DNA of 64,000 bases from Dehalococcoidia bacterium. Lineage in GTDB: Bacteria; Chloroflexota; Dehalococcoidia; Lucifugimonadales; G958296245. Below the pieces are notes generated by a model. The model saw nothing but the letters and a program-made list of their open reading frames with translations, made no database searches and was not told the DNA's origin. The position numbers were made by a program, and so were the translations under genes. Location: positions 1,796,721-1,860,720 of the forward strand of contig CBDHEI010000002.1 of NCBI GenBank assembly GCA_965262055.1, given 5' to 3'. Positions 30,201 through 39,525 of the stretch are shown here, piece after piece (the first letter of the stretch is position 1; each line of letters opens with the position of its first letter).

Positions 30201-31535
30201 ATGGGTGAAAGCACCAACCCCCGCGCCACGCTCCGTTTCGACCGACGTGTACGGTTGGAGTTTCGCGGCGCTACCATCACCTCGGACGCTGGGCTGCTGG
30301 CCTGCCGCGAGTTGGACGATGCACTGGGGCTGACGGAGACGGCGAATGAGTGTCTGCAGGAGAGCCGTGGCGGTCGTAACGTGCAGCACCGATTGGTGGG
30401 CCTTCTCAGGCAGTCGGTGTACAGTCGTCTGGCGGGCTACGAGGATACCAACGACGCTGAACGGTTGGCCCAGGACCCGACGATGCGGGTAGTCGTTGGA
30501 CGGCGAGGTGGTCCTGAGAGACCGGCCGCCAGCACCAACACCATCAGCCGGTTCGAGACCGAGGTGCTTACCCAAGACGGCAACGTGGAAGGGTTGGGCC
30601 GAGTGAACGCTACGTGGGTGGACCGGGCGATGACGCACACAGCGCACCGGCGGGTGATCTTGGACATGGACAGTTCGGAGAGTCCGGTACATGGAGGACA
30701 GGAGGGAGCGTCGTACAACGGTCACTTTGGGAGCACGTGCTATCACCCTTTGTTCGTGTTCAACCAGTTCGGTGACTGCGAGGGGGCGATGCTCCGTGCG
30801 GGGAACGTACATAGCGCGCACAGGTGGCGTGATGTATTGGATCCGATCCTGTCCCGCTACGGGGCGACAGGAGTGCGGCGGTACTTTCGTGCCGATGCCG
30901 CATTCGCCAAGCCGGACATCTATGAGTACCTCGAGGAGCGGCACGTCCTTTACGCTATAAGACTCCCCGGCAACGAGGTGCTGCAACGGGAGATCGCCCC
31001 TCTGCTCAGGAGGCCGGTGGGGAGGCCGCCGAAGCGTCCAGTGATCCTATACGACGACTTCTGGTATCGTGCCGGGAGTTGGGACCGCGCTCGGCGGGTG
31101 GTGGCCAAGGTGGAGTGGCATAGGGGAGAGCTATTCCCCCGGGTGGGCTTCATCGTCACGAACATGACGGCTGGCCCCGAAGGAGTGGTGCGATTCTACA
31201 ATGGTCGCGGGACAGCCGAGCAGTGGATCAAGGAGGGGAAGTACGCGCTGAACTGGACTCGGCTGTCGTGCCATCGGTTCGTGGCCAACCGGGTGCGTCT
31301 ATCTCTGTTCGTCCTGGCGTACAACCTTGGGAACTTCCTTCGCCGGCTGTGTCTGCCCAAGGCGGTCAAGCACTGGTCGCTGCGGAGCGTGCAGGTCAAG
31401 CTGATCAAGATGGGAGGCCGTCTGGTGCGGCACTCCCGGTGGTTGATCTTTCAGTTATCCGAGATGTCGGTTCCTCGACGGTTGTTCCAGGGAGTGTTGG
31501 ATCGTATCGGCCGGTTATCGCCGGCGCCAAGCTGA
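30201..31535 (+). CDS. IS1380-family DDE transposase
   Basis: ITSDAGLL, GYEDTND, LDMDSS, YHPL, RADAAF, YNGRGTAEQWIKEGK; SD AGGAGG before ATG 30201. Confidence 0.93.
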   Translation: MGESTNPRATLRFDRRVRLEFRGATITSDAGLLACRELDDALGLTETANECLQESRGGRNVQHRLVGLLRQSVYSRLAGYEDTNDAERLAQDPTMRVVVGRRGGPERPAASTNTISRFETEVLTQDGNVEGLGRVNATWVDRAMTHTAHRRVILDMDSSESPVHGGQEGASYNGHFGSTCYHPLFVFNQFGDCEGAMLRAGNVHSAHRWRDVLDPILSRYGATGVRRYFRADAAFAKPDIYEYLEERHVLYAIRLPGNEVLQREIAPLLRRPVGRPPKRPVILYDDFWYRAGSWDRARRVVAKVEWHRGELFPRVGFIVTNMTAGPEGVVRFYNGRGTAEQWIKEGKYALNWTRLSCHRFVANRVRLSLFVLAYNLGNFLRRLCLPKAVKHWSLRSVQVKLIKMGGRLVRHSRWLIFQLSEMSVPRRLFQGVLDRIGRLSPAPS

Positions 31536-31700
31536 GGGAGGGTACAACCACGATCTTGCCAAGAGGGGGAGAGCGCTCCAGGGAGTCGCCTTGTCTTCAA
31601 TGCGCTTTCACCCCACTGGCAGGGGACACGAGGACGATGAAGACGGACAAGAAGGGTGCTCTACGACTGCAAACGCATCTCTTATCGGATAGACCGGCGA

Positions 31701-31730
31701 TTGACTGGCCTTGCAGGACCTGACTATGAT
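31701..31730 (+). promoter_or_regulatory. Outward-facing promoter candidate in the IS type B right end
   Basis: TTGACT-18-TATGAT; same motif at 33649-33678 (minus strand) in copy 2. Confidence 0.5.
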
Positions 31731-33588
31731 GCTAACATCTCGTTTGGGCTGCCCCTTGAGCCTGAAGACTCCCAATATGGGAAATCCCGGCCTATACCCC
31801 CTTCCAGAGTGAACCCGACGCCGCGCCGGTGCGGCTCATCGTCCGGCGGGTGAAGCCCACGCCCGGTTCCCAGTTGGCCCTCTTCGCCACCTACAGCTAT
31901 CACGGCTTCATCACCGACCGGGACGGGGAAACCCTGGAACTGGAGGCCGATCATCGCCGCCACGCCGAGATCGAGAACGCCATTCGAGACCTGAAACACG
32001 GCGTCGGACTCAACCATCTCCCCTCGGGGCGCTTCGCCGCCAACGGCGCCTGGCTGGCGGTGCAGGTGATGGCACACAACCTCGCCCGCTGGACAGCGCG
32101 CATCGGTCTGGCCGAACGGACCGTGACCACCAAGACCCTCAGGCGGCGGGTCTTCGCTCTGGTGGGACGGATCACCCGCTCGGCGCGCCGCCTTACCCTG
32201 CATCTTCCCCAGCATTGGCCTTGGGAAACCCAGTTCACTCGCGCCATGGCCCGGCTGCGAGCCATTCCACTCCCCGCCTGAACTGCCAGCCTGCAACTGA
32301 CCCAACTTCCCTGCAAACTCGTGCCACCCCGGTCCCGCGAGAGTTCCCTGCTGCGTATTCTCTCGCCATCCCGCGCATCGCAGCTCCCGCAGAGGGCCAT
32401 AGGGGCGCAAGGCGGCGACTGAAGACCGTTCGCCGACCTTCCAATCTACCCCAATGAGCCCAGCCATCTCCCCTGTAGCTCCCTCACCCACCCTGCCGCT
32501 GTCCTCACGCCGTCCATCGGTGTCCTTCGGTGGATTCGGGGTAAAGGACGGTATGCGGACCGTGAAGTCGGCTCGTCCCTAACATGGATCTGCTCACGGT
32601 ATGTGTTGGGAAGGGGCTCCAAACGTTGGTCGGACTTAGGGCGTGAGACTTTCGGGGCGGGCAGGCGAAGCGGGCGACACCTGCAGGGATATTCGTGCGG
32701 CGGTAGGCGTCAGGGGTTGGTCGCCGTAGAATCTCTTGGAGCTACCATGCCAGTCAGGGCGGTTGAGCAACATAGCCGTGAATCCGACTAGCGGCCGTGA
32801 ACGGTTCTCGGCCTGGTGTTATCTTTAGGCCAACACATTCCTGTGCTTCGAACTTTGGGCCAACTGGTTCGCCCACCCAAGATTTCTAAGACGCGAGAAT
32901 TGTTGCAAGCGACCGGAACAAGCCCATTCGGAAGGCAGGACGATTCGCCGGACGGCGGTCATCACACACAGGTTCAGTCACCTGAGAGAATATCGCTCGG
33001 CAATGGCCCGAGCAGTTCTCTCACATGTCGAAGCATGTCTTCGTCGTCTTTCAGCAGTTGGATAACCGCCTTTGCGTACTCGTTCTCATCGTCGAAACCA
33101 AGTTGCTTTGAAATGTGATCGAGTGCACCAGTCCTCCTAATTGGATACTGTCGAATTATGGCATCAAGGTCGTTTCTACTGATCAATTCAACTAGCGTCT
33201 GGCGTTCTTGTTGCAATATGCCCGGAGCATCCATATCGATCTTGATGGGTTGATCGAGAGGAGATGTCTTTGGATTTGGCAAGTGCTTAAGCATTTCTTC
33301 CCGTAGCTTGCGTCCCGCTGAAAGCTTGGCCAACTGTCCGCAATGGTTCCTTATTGCGTTGATTGCCGCTTCTCTTGCAGGTACCAGACGAGACGATACA
33401 TCATCCCCAGTTAGATTGGTCCGCCTCTTGGCCACTTCCTCCTGGACCTTCTGATCAAAATATATGGACTCGACCGAGTAAACCTCGATCGGATGTATGC
33501 CCTCTGCCCTTAGTTTCTCTACGTCATCAGCGTTTCGACCATCTCTATCCACGATTCCATAGGCTTTGACCCAGTGCAATGCATTTGA

Positions 33589-35336
33589 CCGGGATTTCCC
33601 ATATTGGGAGTCTTCAGGCTCAAGGGGCAGCCCAAACGAGATGGTAGCATCATAGTCAGGTCCTGCAAGGCCAGTCAATCGCCGGTCTATCCGATAAGAG
33701 ATGCGTTTGCAGTCGTAGAGCACCCTTCTTGTCCGTCTTCATCGTCCTCGTGTCCCCTGCCAGTGGGGTGAAAGCGCATTGAAGACAAGGCGACTCCCTG
33801 GAGCGCTCTCCCCCTCTTGGCAAGATCGTGGTTGTACCCTCCCTCAGCTTGGCGCCGGCGATAACCGGCCGATACGATCCAACACTCCCTGGAACAACCG
33901 TCGAGGAACCGACATCTCGGATAACTGAAAGATCAACCACCGGGAGTGCCGCACCAGACGGCCTCCCATCTTGATCAGCTTGACCTGCACGCTCCGCAGC
34001 GACCAGTGCTTGACCGCCTTGGGCAGACACAGCCGGCGAAGGAAGTTCCCAAGGTTGTACGCCAGGACGAACAGAGATAGACGCACCCGGTTGGCCACGA
34101 ACCGATGGCACGACAGCCGAGTCCAGTTCAGCGCGTACTTCCCCTCCTTGATCCACTGCTCGGCTGTCCCGCGACCATTGTAGAATCGCACCACTCCTTC
34201 GGGGCCAGCCGTCATGCTCGTGACTATGAAGCCCACCCGGGGGAATAGCTCTCCCCTATGCCACTCCACCTTGGCCACCACCCGCCGAGCGCGGTCCCAA
34301 CTCCCGGCACGATACCAGAAGTCGTCGTATAGGATCACTGGACGCTTCGGCGGCCTCCCCACAGGCCTCCTGAGCAGAGGGGCGATCTCCCGTTGCAGCA
34401 CCTCGTTGCCGGGGAGTCTTATAGCGTAAAGGACGTGCCGCTCCTCGAGGTACTCATAGATGTCCGGCTTGGCGAATGCGGCATCGGCACGAAAGTACCG
34501 CCGCACTCCTGTCGCCCCGTAGCGGGACAGGATCGGATCCAATACATCACGCCACCTGTGCGCGCTATGTACGTTCCCCGCACGGAGCATCGCCCCCTCG
34601 CAGTCACCGAACTGGTTGAACACGAACAAAGGGTGATAGCACGTGCTCCCAAAGTGACCGTTGTACGACGCTCCCTCCTGTCCTCCATGTACCGGACTCT
34701 CCGAACTGTCCATGTCCAAGATCACCCGCCGGTGCGCTGTGTGCGTCATCGCCCGGTCCACCCACGTAGCGTTCACTCGGCCCAACCCTTCCACGTTGCC
34801 GTCTTGGGTAAGCACCTCGGTCTCGAACCGGCTGATGGTGTTGGTGCTGGCGGCCGGTCTCTCAGGACCACCTCGCCGTCCAACGACTACCCGCATCGTC
34901 GGGTCCTGGGCCAACCGTTCAGCGTCGTTGGTATCCTCGTAGCCCGCCAGACGACTGTACACCGACTGCCTGAGAAGGCCCACCAATCGGTGCTGCACGT
35001 TACGACCGCCACGGCTCTCCTGCAGACACTCATTCGCCGTCTCCGTCAGCCCCAGTGCATCGTCCAACTCGCGGCAGGCCAGCAGCCCAGCGTCCGAGGT
35101 GATGGTAGCGCCGCGAAACTCCAACCGTACACGTCGGTCGAAACGGAGCGTGGCGCGGGGGTTGGTGCTTTCACCCATTGGGTGCCTCCTGAGTGGGTAC
35201 GTTATCAAGAACTAGAGTAGTCGCTCACGACCAGTCTAGCACTCATGATAACCACTGTGCTCTGCTATTCGGCTACATCGGGTATCGCTGTTGCTGATTA
35301 CGGCAAGCCCTGCAGGGTTGATATGGGAAATGTGGG
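33589..35336 (-). mobile_element. IS1380-family element type B, copy 2 (1748 bp, inverted)
   Basis: Near-identical reverse complement of 30043-31790; duplication TTTGA at 33584-88 and 35337-41. Confidence 0.93.
33844..35178 (-). CDS. IS1380-family DDE transposase
   Basis: Same protein as 30201-31535 except one residue (VTN vs VTS). Confidence 0.93.
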   Translation of the reverse strand: MGESTNPRATLRFDRRVRLEFRGATITSDAGLLACRELDDALGLTETANECLQESRGGRNVQHRLVGLLRQSVYSRLAGYEDTNDAERLAQDPTMRVVVGRRGGPERPAASTNTISRFETEVLTQDGNVEGLGRVNATWVDRAMTHTAHRRVILDMDSSESPVHGGQEGASYNGHFGSTCYHPLFVFNQFGDCEGAMLRAGNVHSAHRWRDVLDPILSRYGATGVRRYFRADAAFAKPDIYEYLEERHVLYAIRLPGNEVLQREIAPLLRRPVGRPPKRPVILYDDFWYRAGSWDRARRVVAKVEWHRGELFPRVGFIVTSMTAGPEGVVRFYNGRGTAEQWIKEGKYALNWTRLSCHRFVANRVRLSLFVLAYNLGNFLRRLCLPKAVKHWSLRSVQVKLIKMGGRLVRHSRWLIFQLSEMSVPRRLFQGVLDRIGRLSPAPS

Positions 35337-36387
35337 TTTGATGCCCTGATACTCTTTACAGCATCTTCTACGGACTTCCGTGTTCCTCGGGGAATGATCG
35401 ATGCACAAGGGAAAATCAGACTATAGAGAGGTGCATCGAGGCTGCTTCTCTCTCCCTCTACAAAAACCACAGTGCGTCGGGCGCCCAAGACATCTGTCTT
35501 CAGCTCCTCATCGATGTCGAGCGGTGAGTCCACCAAGTCAACGTCCCAGGTCACAACAGAGCCACCCCGATAAGTGCAACTTCTGACAAGTAGTATCTTG
35601 GACACCGGGCTGTCGAGAGGAAGGGTCAGTTCGTGAGTCGAAATTACAAACATGCAGTCAGTCCTCTTGGAAAAGAGGGCACTCAGAAGAGGCGAGACTA
35701 TAGATCTATGCAGATGCAACTCGGGTTCGTCGATCAGGACTAATGTGCCTGATTGGACCGTAAGTACTTCAGCGGCCAATAGCAAGGCGTTACGTTCTCC
35801 ATCCGACATCTCTGCCACACTAAATGGTTCTGATCCAGACCTGGTTGCCACTATCGTTGCATTCCTATCTACCGAAAACGCGAACGGCAGGTTGGCATTG
35901 CTCAACAAGCCACTCAATGCCATTAATGGATCCTCGTTACATTTCAGTAGTTTGCACCCCTTGGTTCTGTCTCCTGCACGGAATGCATCGGTTATATTCT
36001 GGCTGATGTGGCTTCGTTTCTGGATCAGGTCGAATATAGCCATATTGACCCGAAGTTCAGGATTGTGATCCATCCAGCGAGAGTCCCGTTGGACGTCCGA
36101 GTTCTGCAGATTAATCTCTTGTTGTTGCTTTCGGGATGGGGTTAAGTTAGACGCGCCAGACTGTAACCACGTCCTGCGATGTGGAGGAATCCAGCGCGAC
36201 GTTGCGCTGTGAACGGAATTTAGGTGGTGAACCAGGGCTGACTTGCCGGTCCCGTTCGCTCCGAGCACGTGCAGAATGTCACCGGGATCCAATTGAACGT
36301 CACAGGGTCCAGACGGCCCGGGTACTGATATCGATAAGGTCATACCATCGGCCCTCCATGGCTCAGAGCTCTATTGACTAGACCCGA

Positions 36388-36812
36388 CTACGAGAGCGGC
36401 ATACGCCTCTGGGAGACTTCTATGTGGAGAGCGAGCACGAAATGATCGACTCCGTTCGCTCCACGGGCATTGGGGTGGTAGGAGAGCTCACCCATGTCGA
36501 GGGGACCGAGTACCGCTGGTCCATCTCTGAGCTGTAGACTCAACGCGTCAACGGGCATGGCGTCTCCATCGGATTCAGCTTCCTCGGCTACCTCGAACCC
36601 CAGCAGTCCGAAAGACCTCACAGTCCCACGTCAGGTGTGGACGTCCAGCCGCTCAGGAACAGGGTCTGGGATTCTGCGACCCAGCATGCGGCTAGACCGA
36701 CCCCCGACAAGACTTCGATTAGACGGGGCGCGACAGACTCCCCCGCGCTCTCGAGCAGCATCGCGGCGGAGTTGGCATAGCAGTATGGACCATTGCCTAT
36801 GTAAGCAAGCAT
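36388..36812 (-). pseudogene. Frameshifted, truncated hypothetical gene with papain/C39-like Cys and His motifs
   Basis: MLAYIGNGPYCYANS...PDVGL, frame change near 36620, then LGPLDMGELSY...GVDHFVL. Confidence 0.5.
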
Positions 36813-36879
36813 GGGACTCTCAAATCGCACCGACGTGTATGCCTGTTACGTTGTGACCTGCCCACGATCTTCGCGTTAG

Positions 36880-38582
36880 CCCGAATCCACCGAAAGACGA
36901 CTTTGGGGACAGTCCTTGAAGAAGCCAGAGGGTGCTCCTCTGAATCTGGGAGAATGGTTTTGAAACAGAAAACCGCCCGGAAACAAGGAGCACCCAGTAG
37001 ATGCTGCCACAGAACAATCCCGACCGTATCGGCGTCGTCTTTGACGACCACCGCCTGGTGGCCAATGCCGGCCTGCTCCTGCCGGCCACCCTTGCACAGC
37101 ACCTGGGCCTGCGGGAACTCGCCGACCATCACCTCGACCTCGGCTGCGCACCGGGGCGGGCGAACACGGGGGACAAACTGCTGACGCTGGTCGCTTCCGC
37201 GCTGGCGGGCGGCGACTTCATCGACGACGCCGATGCGCTGCGTGCTGGTGGGACGGTCGGTGTTCTCGGCTGCGTGGTCAAGGCGCCATCCACCCTGGGC
37301 ACCTTCCTGCGCAGTTTCCGGTGGGGGCATGTCCGTCAACTCGACCGGGTGAGCCGCCAGTTGCTGGCACGCGCATGGGCCGCTGGGGCCGGACCCGGCG
37401 ACTCGCCCCTGACCATCGACCTGGACTCCACCATCTGCGAGACCTATGGACTGGACAAAGAAGGGGCGCGACACCACAACTACACCGGCGCGCGGGGCTA
37501 TCACCCACTGCTGGCCATCGCCGCCGGAACCGGCGATGTGCTGATGTCCCGGCTGCGCGAGGGCCGTGCCAACACCGCTCGCGGCGCTGCCCACTTCCTG
37601 CGTGAAACGGTGGGGCGGGTGCGCTACGGTGGGGCCAGCGGCCAACTCACGGTGCGCGCCGACAGCGGTTTCTACGCCCACGCTCTCGTCGCCGTCTGCC
37701 GCGAGATGGGTGTCCGCTTCTCCATCACCATCCGCCAGCACAAAGGCCTGCGGGAGTTGATTGAGGCGATCCCCGAGCAGGACTGGACGCCGATTCCCTA
37801 CTGGATGGACGGCGCCGCCGATGTGGCCGAGACCACCTATACCCCCTTCCAGAGTGAACCCGACGCCGCGCCGGTGCGGCTCATCGTCCGGCGGGTGAAG
37901 CCCACGCCCGGTTCCCAGTTGGCCCTCTTCGCCACCTACAGCTATCACGGCTTCATCACCGACCGGGACGGGGAAACCCTGGAACTGGAGGCCGATCATC
38001 GCCGCCACGCCGAGATCGAGAACGCCATTCGAGACCTGAAACACGGCGTCGGACTCAACCATCTCCCCTCGGGGCGCTTCGCCGCCAACGGCGCCTGGCT
38101 GGCGGTGCAGGTGATGGCACACAACCTCGCCCGCTGGACAGCGCGCATCGGTCTGGCCGAACGGACCGTGACCACCAAGACCCTCAGGCGGCGGGTCTTC
38201 GCTCTGGTGGGACGGATCACCCACTCGGCGCGCCGCCTTACCCTGCATCTTCCCCAGCATTGGCCTTGGGAAACCCAGTTCACTCGCGCCATGGCCCGGC
38301 TGCGAGCCATTCCACTCCCCGCCTGACTGCCAGCCTGCAACTGACCCAACTTCCCTGCAAACTCGTGCCACCCCGGTCCGCGAGAGTTCCCTGCTGCGTA
38401 TTCTCTCGCCATCCCGCGCATCGCAGCTCCCGCAGAGGGCCATAGGGGCCCTATGCGGCGACTGAAGACCGTTCGCCGACCTCCAATCTACCCCAATGAG
38501 CCCAGCCATCTCCCCTGTAGCTCCCTCACCCACCCTGCCGCTGTCCTCACGCCGTCCATAGGTGTCCTTCGGTGGATTCGGG
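36880..38582 (+). mobile_element. IS1380-family element type A, copy 2 (intact, 1703 bp)
   Basis: Same 15-bp IRs; duplication GTTAG at 36875-79 and 38583-87. Confidence 0.94.
37001..38326 (+). CDS. IS1380-family DDE transposase
   Basis: IDLDST, GYHPLL, RADSGF, HAEIENAIRDLK, FAANGAWL. Confidence 0.93.
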   Translation: MLPQNNPDRIGVVFDDHRLVANAGLLLPATLAQHLGLRELADHHLDLGCAPGRANTGDKLLTLVASALAGGDFIDDADALRAGGTVGVLGCVVKAPSTLGTFLRSFRWGHVRQLDRVSRQLLARAWAAGAGPGDSPLTIDLDSTICETYGLDKEGARHHNYTGARGYHPLLAIAAGTGDVLMSRLREGRANTARGAAHFLRETVGRVRYGGASGQLTVRADSGFYAHALVAVCREMGVRFSITIRQHKGLRELIEAIPEQDWTPIPYWMDGAADVAETTYTPFQSEPDAAPVRLIVRRVKPTPGSQLALFATYSYHGFITDRDGETLELEADHRRHAEIENAIRDLKHGVGLNHLPSGRFAANGAWLAVQVMAHNLARWTARIGLAERTVTTKTLRRRVFALVGRITHSARRLTLHLPQHWPWETQFTRAMARLRAIPLPA

Positions 38583-38654
38583 GTTAGAGGCATTGTAGCC
38601 TCTTCGGGGTAAAAGGCAGTCACCTTCCCCTGCTCCGTCACGCACAAGAAGAAT

Positions 38655-38683
38655 TTGACCGCCACGAACACACGTGCTATAGT
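38655..38683 (+). promoter_or_regulatory. sigma70 promoter with LexA-like box in the spacer (copy 1)
   Basis: TTGACC-17-TATAGT containing CGAAC-ACAC-GTGC; ATG 7 nt after the -10. Confidence 0.65.
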
Positions 38684-38689
38684 CGTCCC

Positions 38690-38896
38690 ATGGCAAAGAC
38701 CGACTACTATTCGGGCCGCTCTACCATGACCGCCCCGTTGCGTGATCGCCTCGAAGAGCCTGCCCTGAGCTTGTCGAAAGGGCCCGCCCTGGGATCGGTG
38801 TCTCATTCTGTCTCTTTCGTCGCTCATTTTGCCTTGCTGGTCTCTCATTCCGTCTCATTCACGTCACGCGCTGTCTCGAAAGCCAAAGCTGAATGA
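38690..38896 (+). CDS. Putative leaderless small protein with SHSVSF heptad repeats
   Basis: ATG at the predicted +1; C-terminal repeats homologous and in the same frame as ORF 49333-49563. Confidence 0.35.
   Translation: MAKTDYYSGRSTMTAPLRDRLEEPALSLSKGPALGSVSHSVSFVAHFALLVSHSVSFTSRAVSKAKAE
38757..38783. repeat. REP-like palindrome (CCTGAGCTTGTCGAAAGG type)
   Basis: GAGCCTGCCCTGAGCTTGTCGAAAGGG resembles a common short bacterial repeat. Confidence 0.5.
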
Positions 38897-38911
38897 GACA
38901 CAATGTGACAG
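38798..38911 (+). repeat. 21-bp-period TCTCATTCTGTCTC repeats plus an inverted copy
   Basis: Three 21-nt units, then AGCCAAAGCT-GAATGAGACACAATGTGACAG; homologous to 49313-49428 on the opposite strand. Confidence 0.75.
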
Positions 38912-39029
38912 AACTAGACATATCTCAGGGATTTCCGGTCCCACTCGACGGACAAGCCTGCCCCCTCCGGGTTGAGAGCCGCCTTCGGGAAGGATAGAAT
39001 CGGCGCGTGACCGGACACAGGAGGTGCCC

Positions 39030-39443
39030 ATGGCTACCGTGACTCTCGCAGAGGCGATCAGGATATGTGACGCGGCTATCGCCAGGGCCGAGGAGATGGG
39101 CATCAGGGTCTCCGTCTCCGTGGTCGACTCTGGCTCCAACCTGCTGGCCACCCACCGGATGGACGGCGCGATCATCCTCGGCGTGGAGGGCAGCCGCGGC
39201 AAGGCGGTCGCATCCGTAATCTTCGGCCAGCCCAGCGGCGAGCTGGAGGCCCGCGCCGACCGCCCCACCTTCAGGGCGATCCTTCTCCAGTACGGCGGCA
39301 AGTTCATAATGGGCCAGGGCGCCGTCCCCATATCTCGGGACGGCCAGATTGCCGGCGCCTGTGGCGTGGGCGGCGGGACGCCCCAGGAGGACGAGGACTG
39401 CGCCAGGGCCGGCATCGCGGCCATCGGCGCGCAGTGGCCCTGA
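39030..39443 (+). CDS. GlcG/HbpS (DUF336) heme-binding protein
   Basis: VSVVDSG, RMDGA, GAVPI, GACGVGG, EDEDCARAG; SD AGGAGG. Confidence 0.88.
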   Translation: MATVTLAEAIRICDAAIARAEEMGIRVSVSVVDSGSNLLATHRMDGAIILGVEGSRGKAVASVIFGQPSGELEARADRPTFRAILLQYGGKFIMGQGAVPISRDGQIAGACGVGGGTPQEDEDCARAGIAAIGAQWP

Positions 39444-39525
39444 CGCACACCCGCCGGGGGGGCTTGTTGTACAATGCGGTGAGCGGTTTCCTAGACTAAG
39501 AAGACCCTCAGGAGGTAATGACGCA

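Larger units (their letters stand above)
30043..31790 (+). mobile_element. IS1380-family element type B, copy 1 (1748 bp)
   Basis: Imperfect IRs CCCACATTTCCCATAT / ATATGGGAAATCCCGG; duplication CCTAT at 30038-42 and 31791-95. Confidence 0.93.
29203..32281 (+). pseudogene. IS1380-family transposase split by a nested IS (29203-30042 + 31796-32281)
   Basis: The two halves rejoin to match the intact 441-aa copy at 37001-38326. Confidence 0.92.
29082..32540 (+). mobile_element. IS1380-family element type A, copy 1, interrupted by a type B IS
   Basis: 15-bp IRs CCCGAATCCACCGAA / TTCGGTGGATTCGGG; 5-bp target duplication GTAAA at 29077-81 and 32541-45; near-identical to 36880-38582. Confidence 0.93.
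32974..36343 (-). pseudogene. Fused ABC/AAA ATPase + TOPRIM (DUF4435/OLD-like, PARIS-like) gene disrupted by an IS
   Basis: GANGTGKS, MSDGE, LIDEPELHLH, ISTH, then VFVEG and GIVDRD; removing the IS and one TTTGA copy restores a 538-aa frame (...KSIRASNALHWVK...). Confidence 0.85.

Noticed and set aside
32974..33723. 249-aa ORF as an independent gene
   Set aside because: Chimera of IS tail sequence and the 3' half of the disrupted ATPase-TOPRIM gene.
29082..38582. Composite transposon bounded by the two type A IS copies
   Set aside because: Each copy has its own distinct target duplication; the outer flanks (GTAAA vs GTTAG) differ.
36797..38848. 683-aa minus-strand ORF, and similar long antisense ORFs such as 40540-42471
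   Set aside because: Shadow frames of real high-GC genes with no recognisable motifs.
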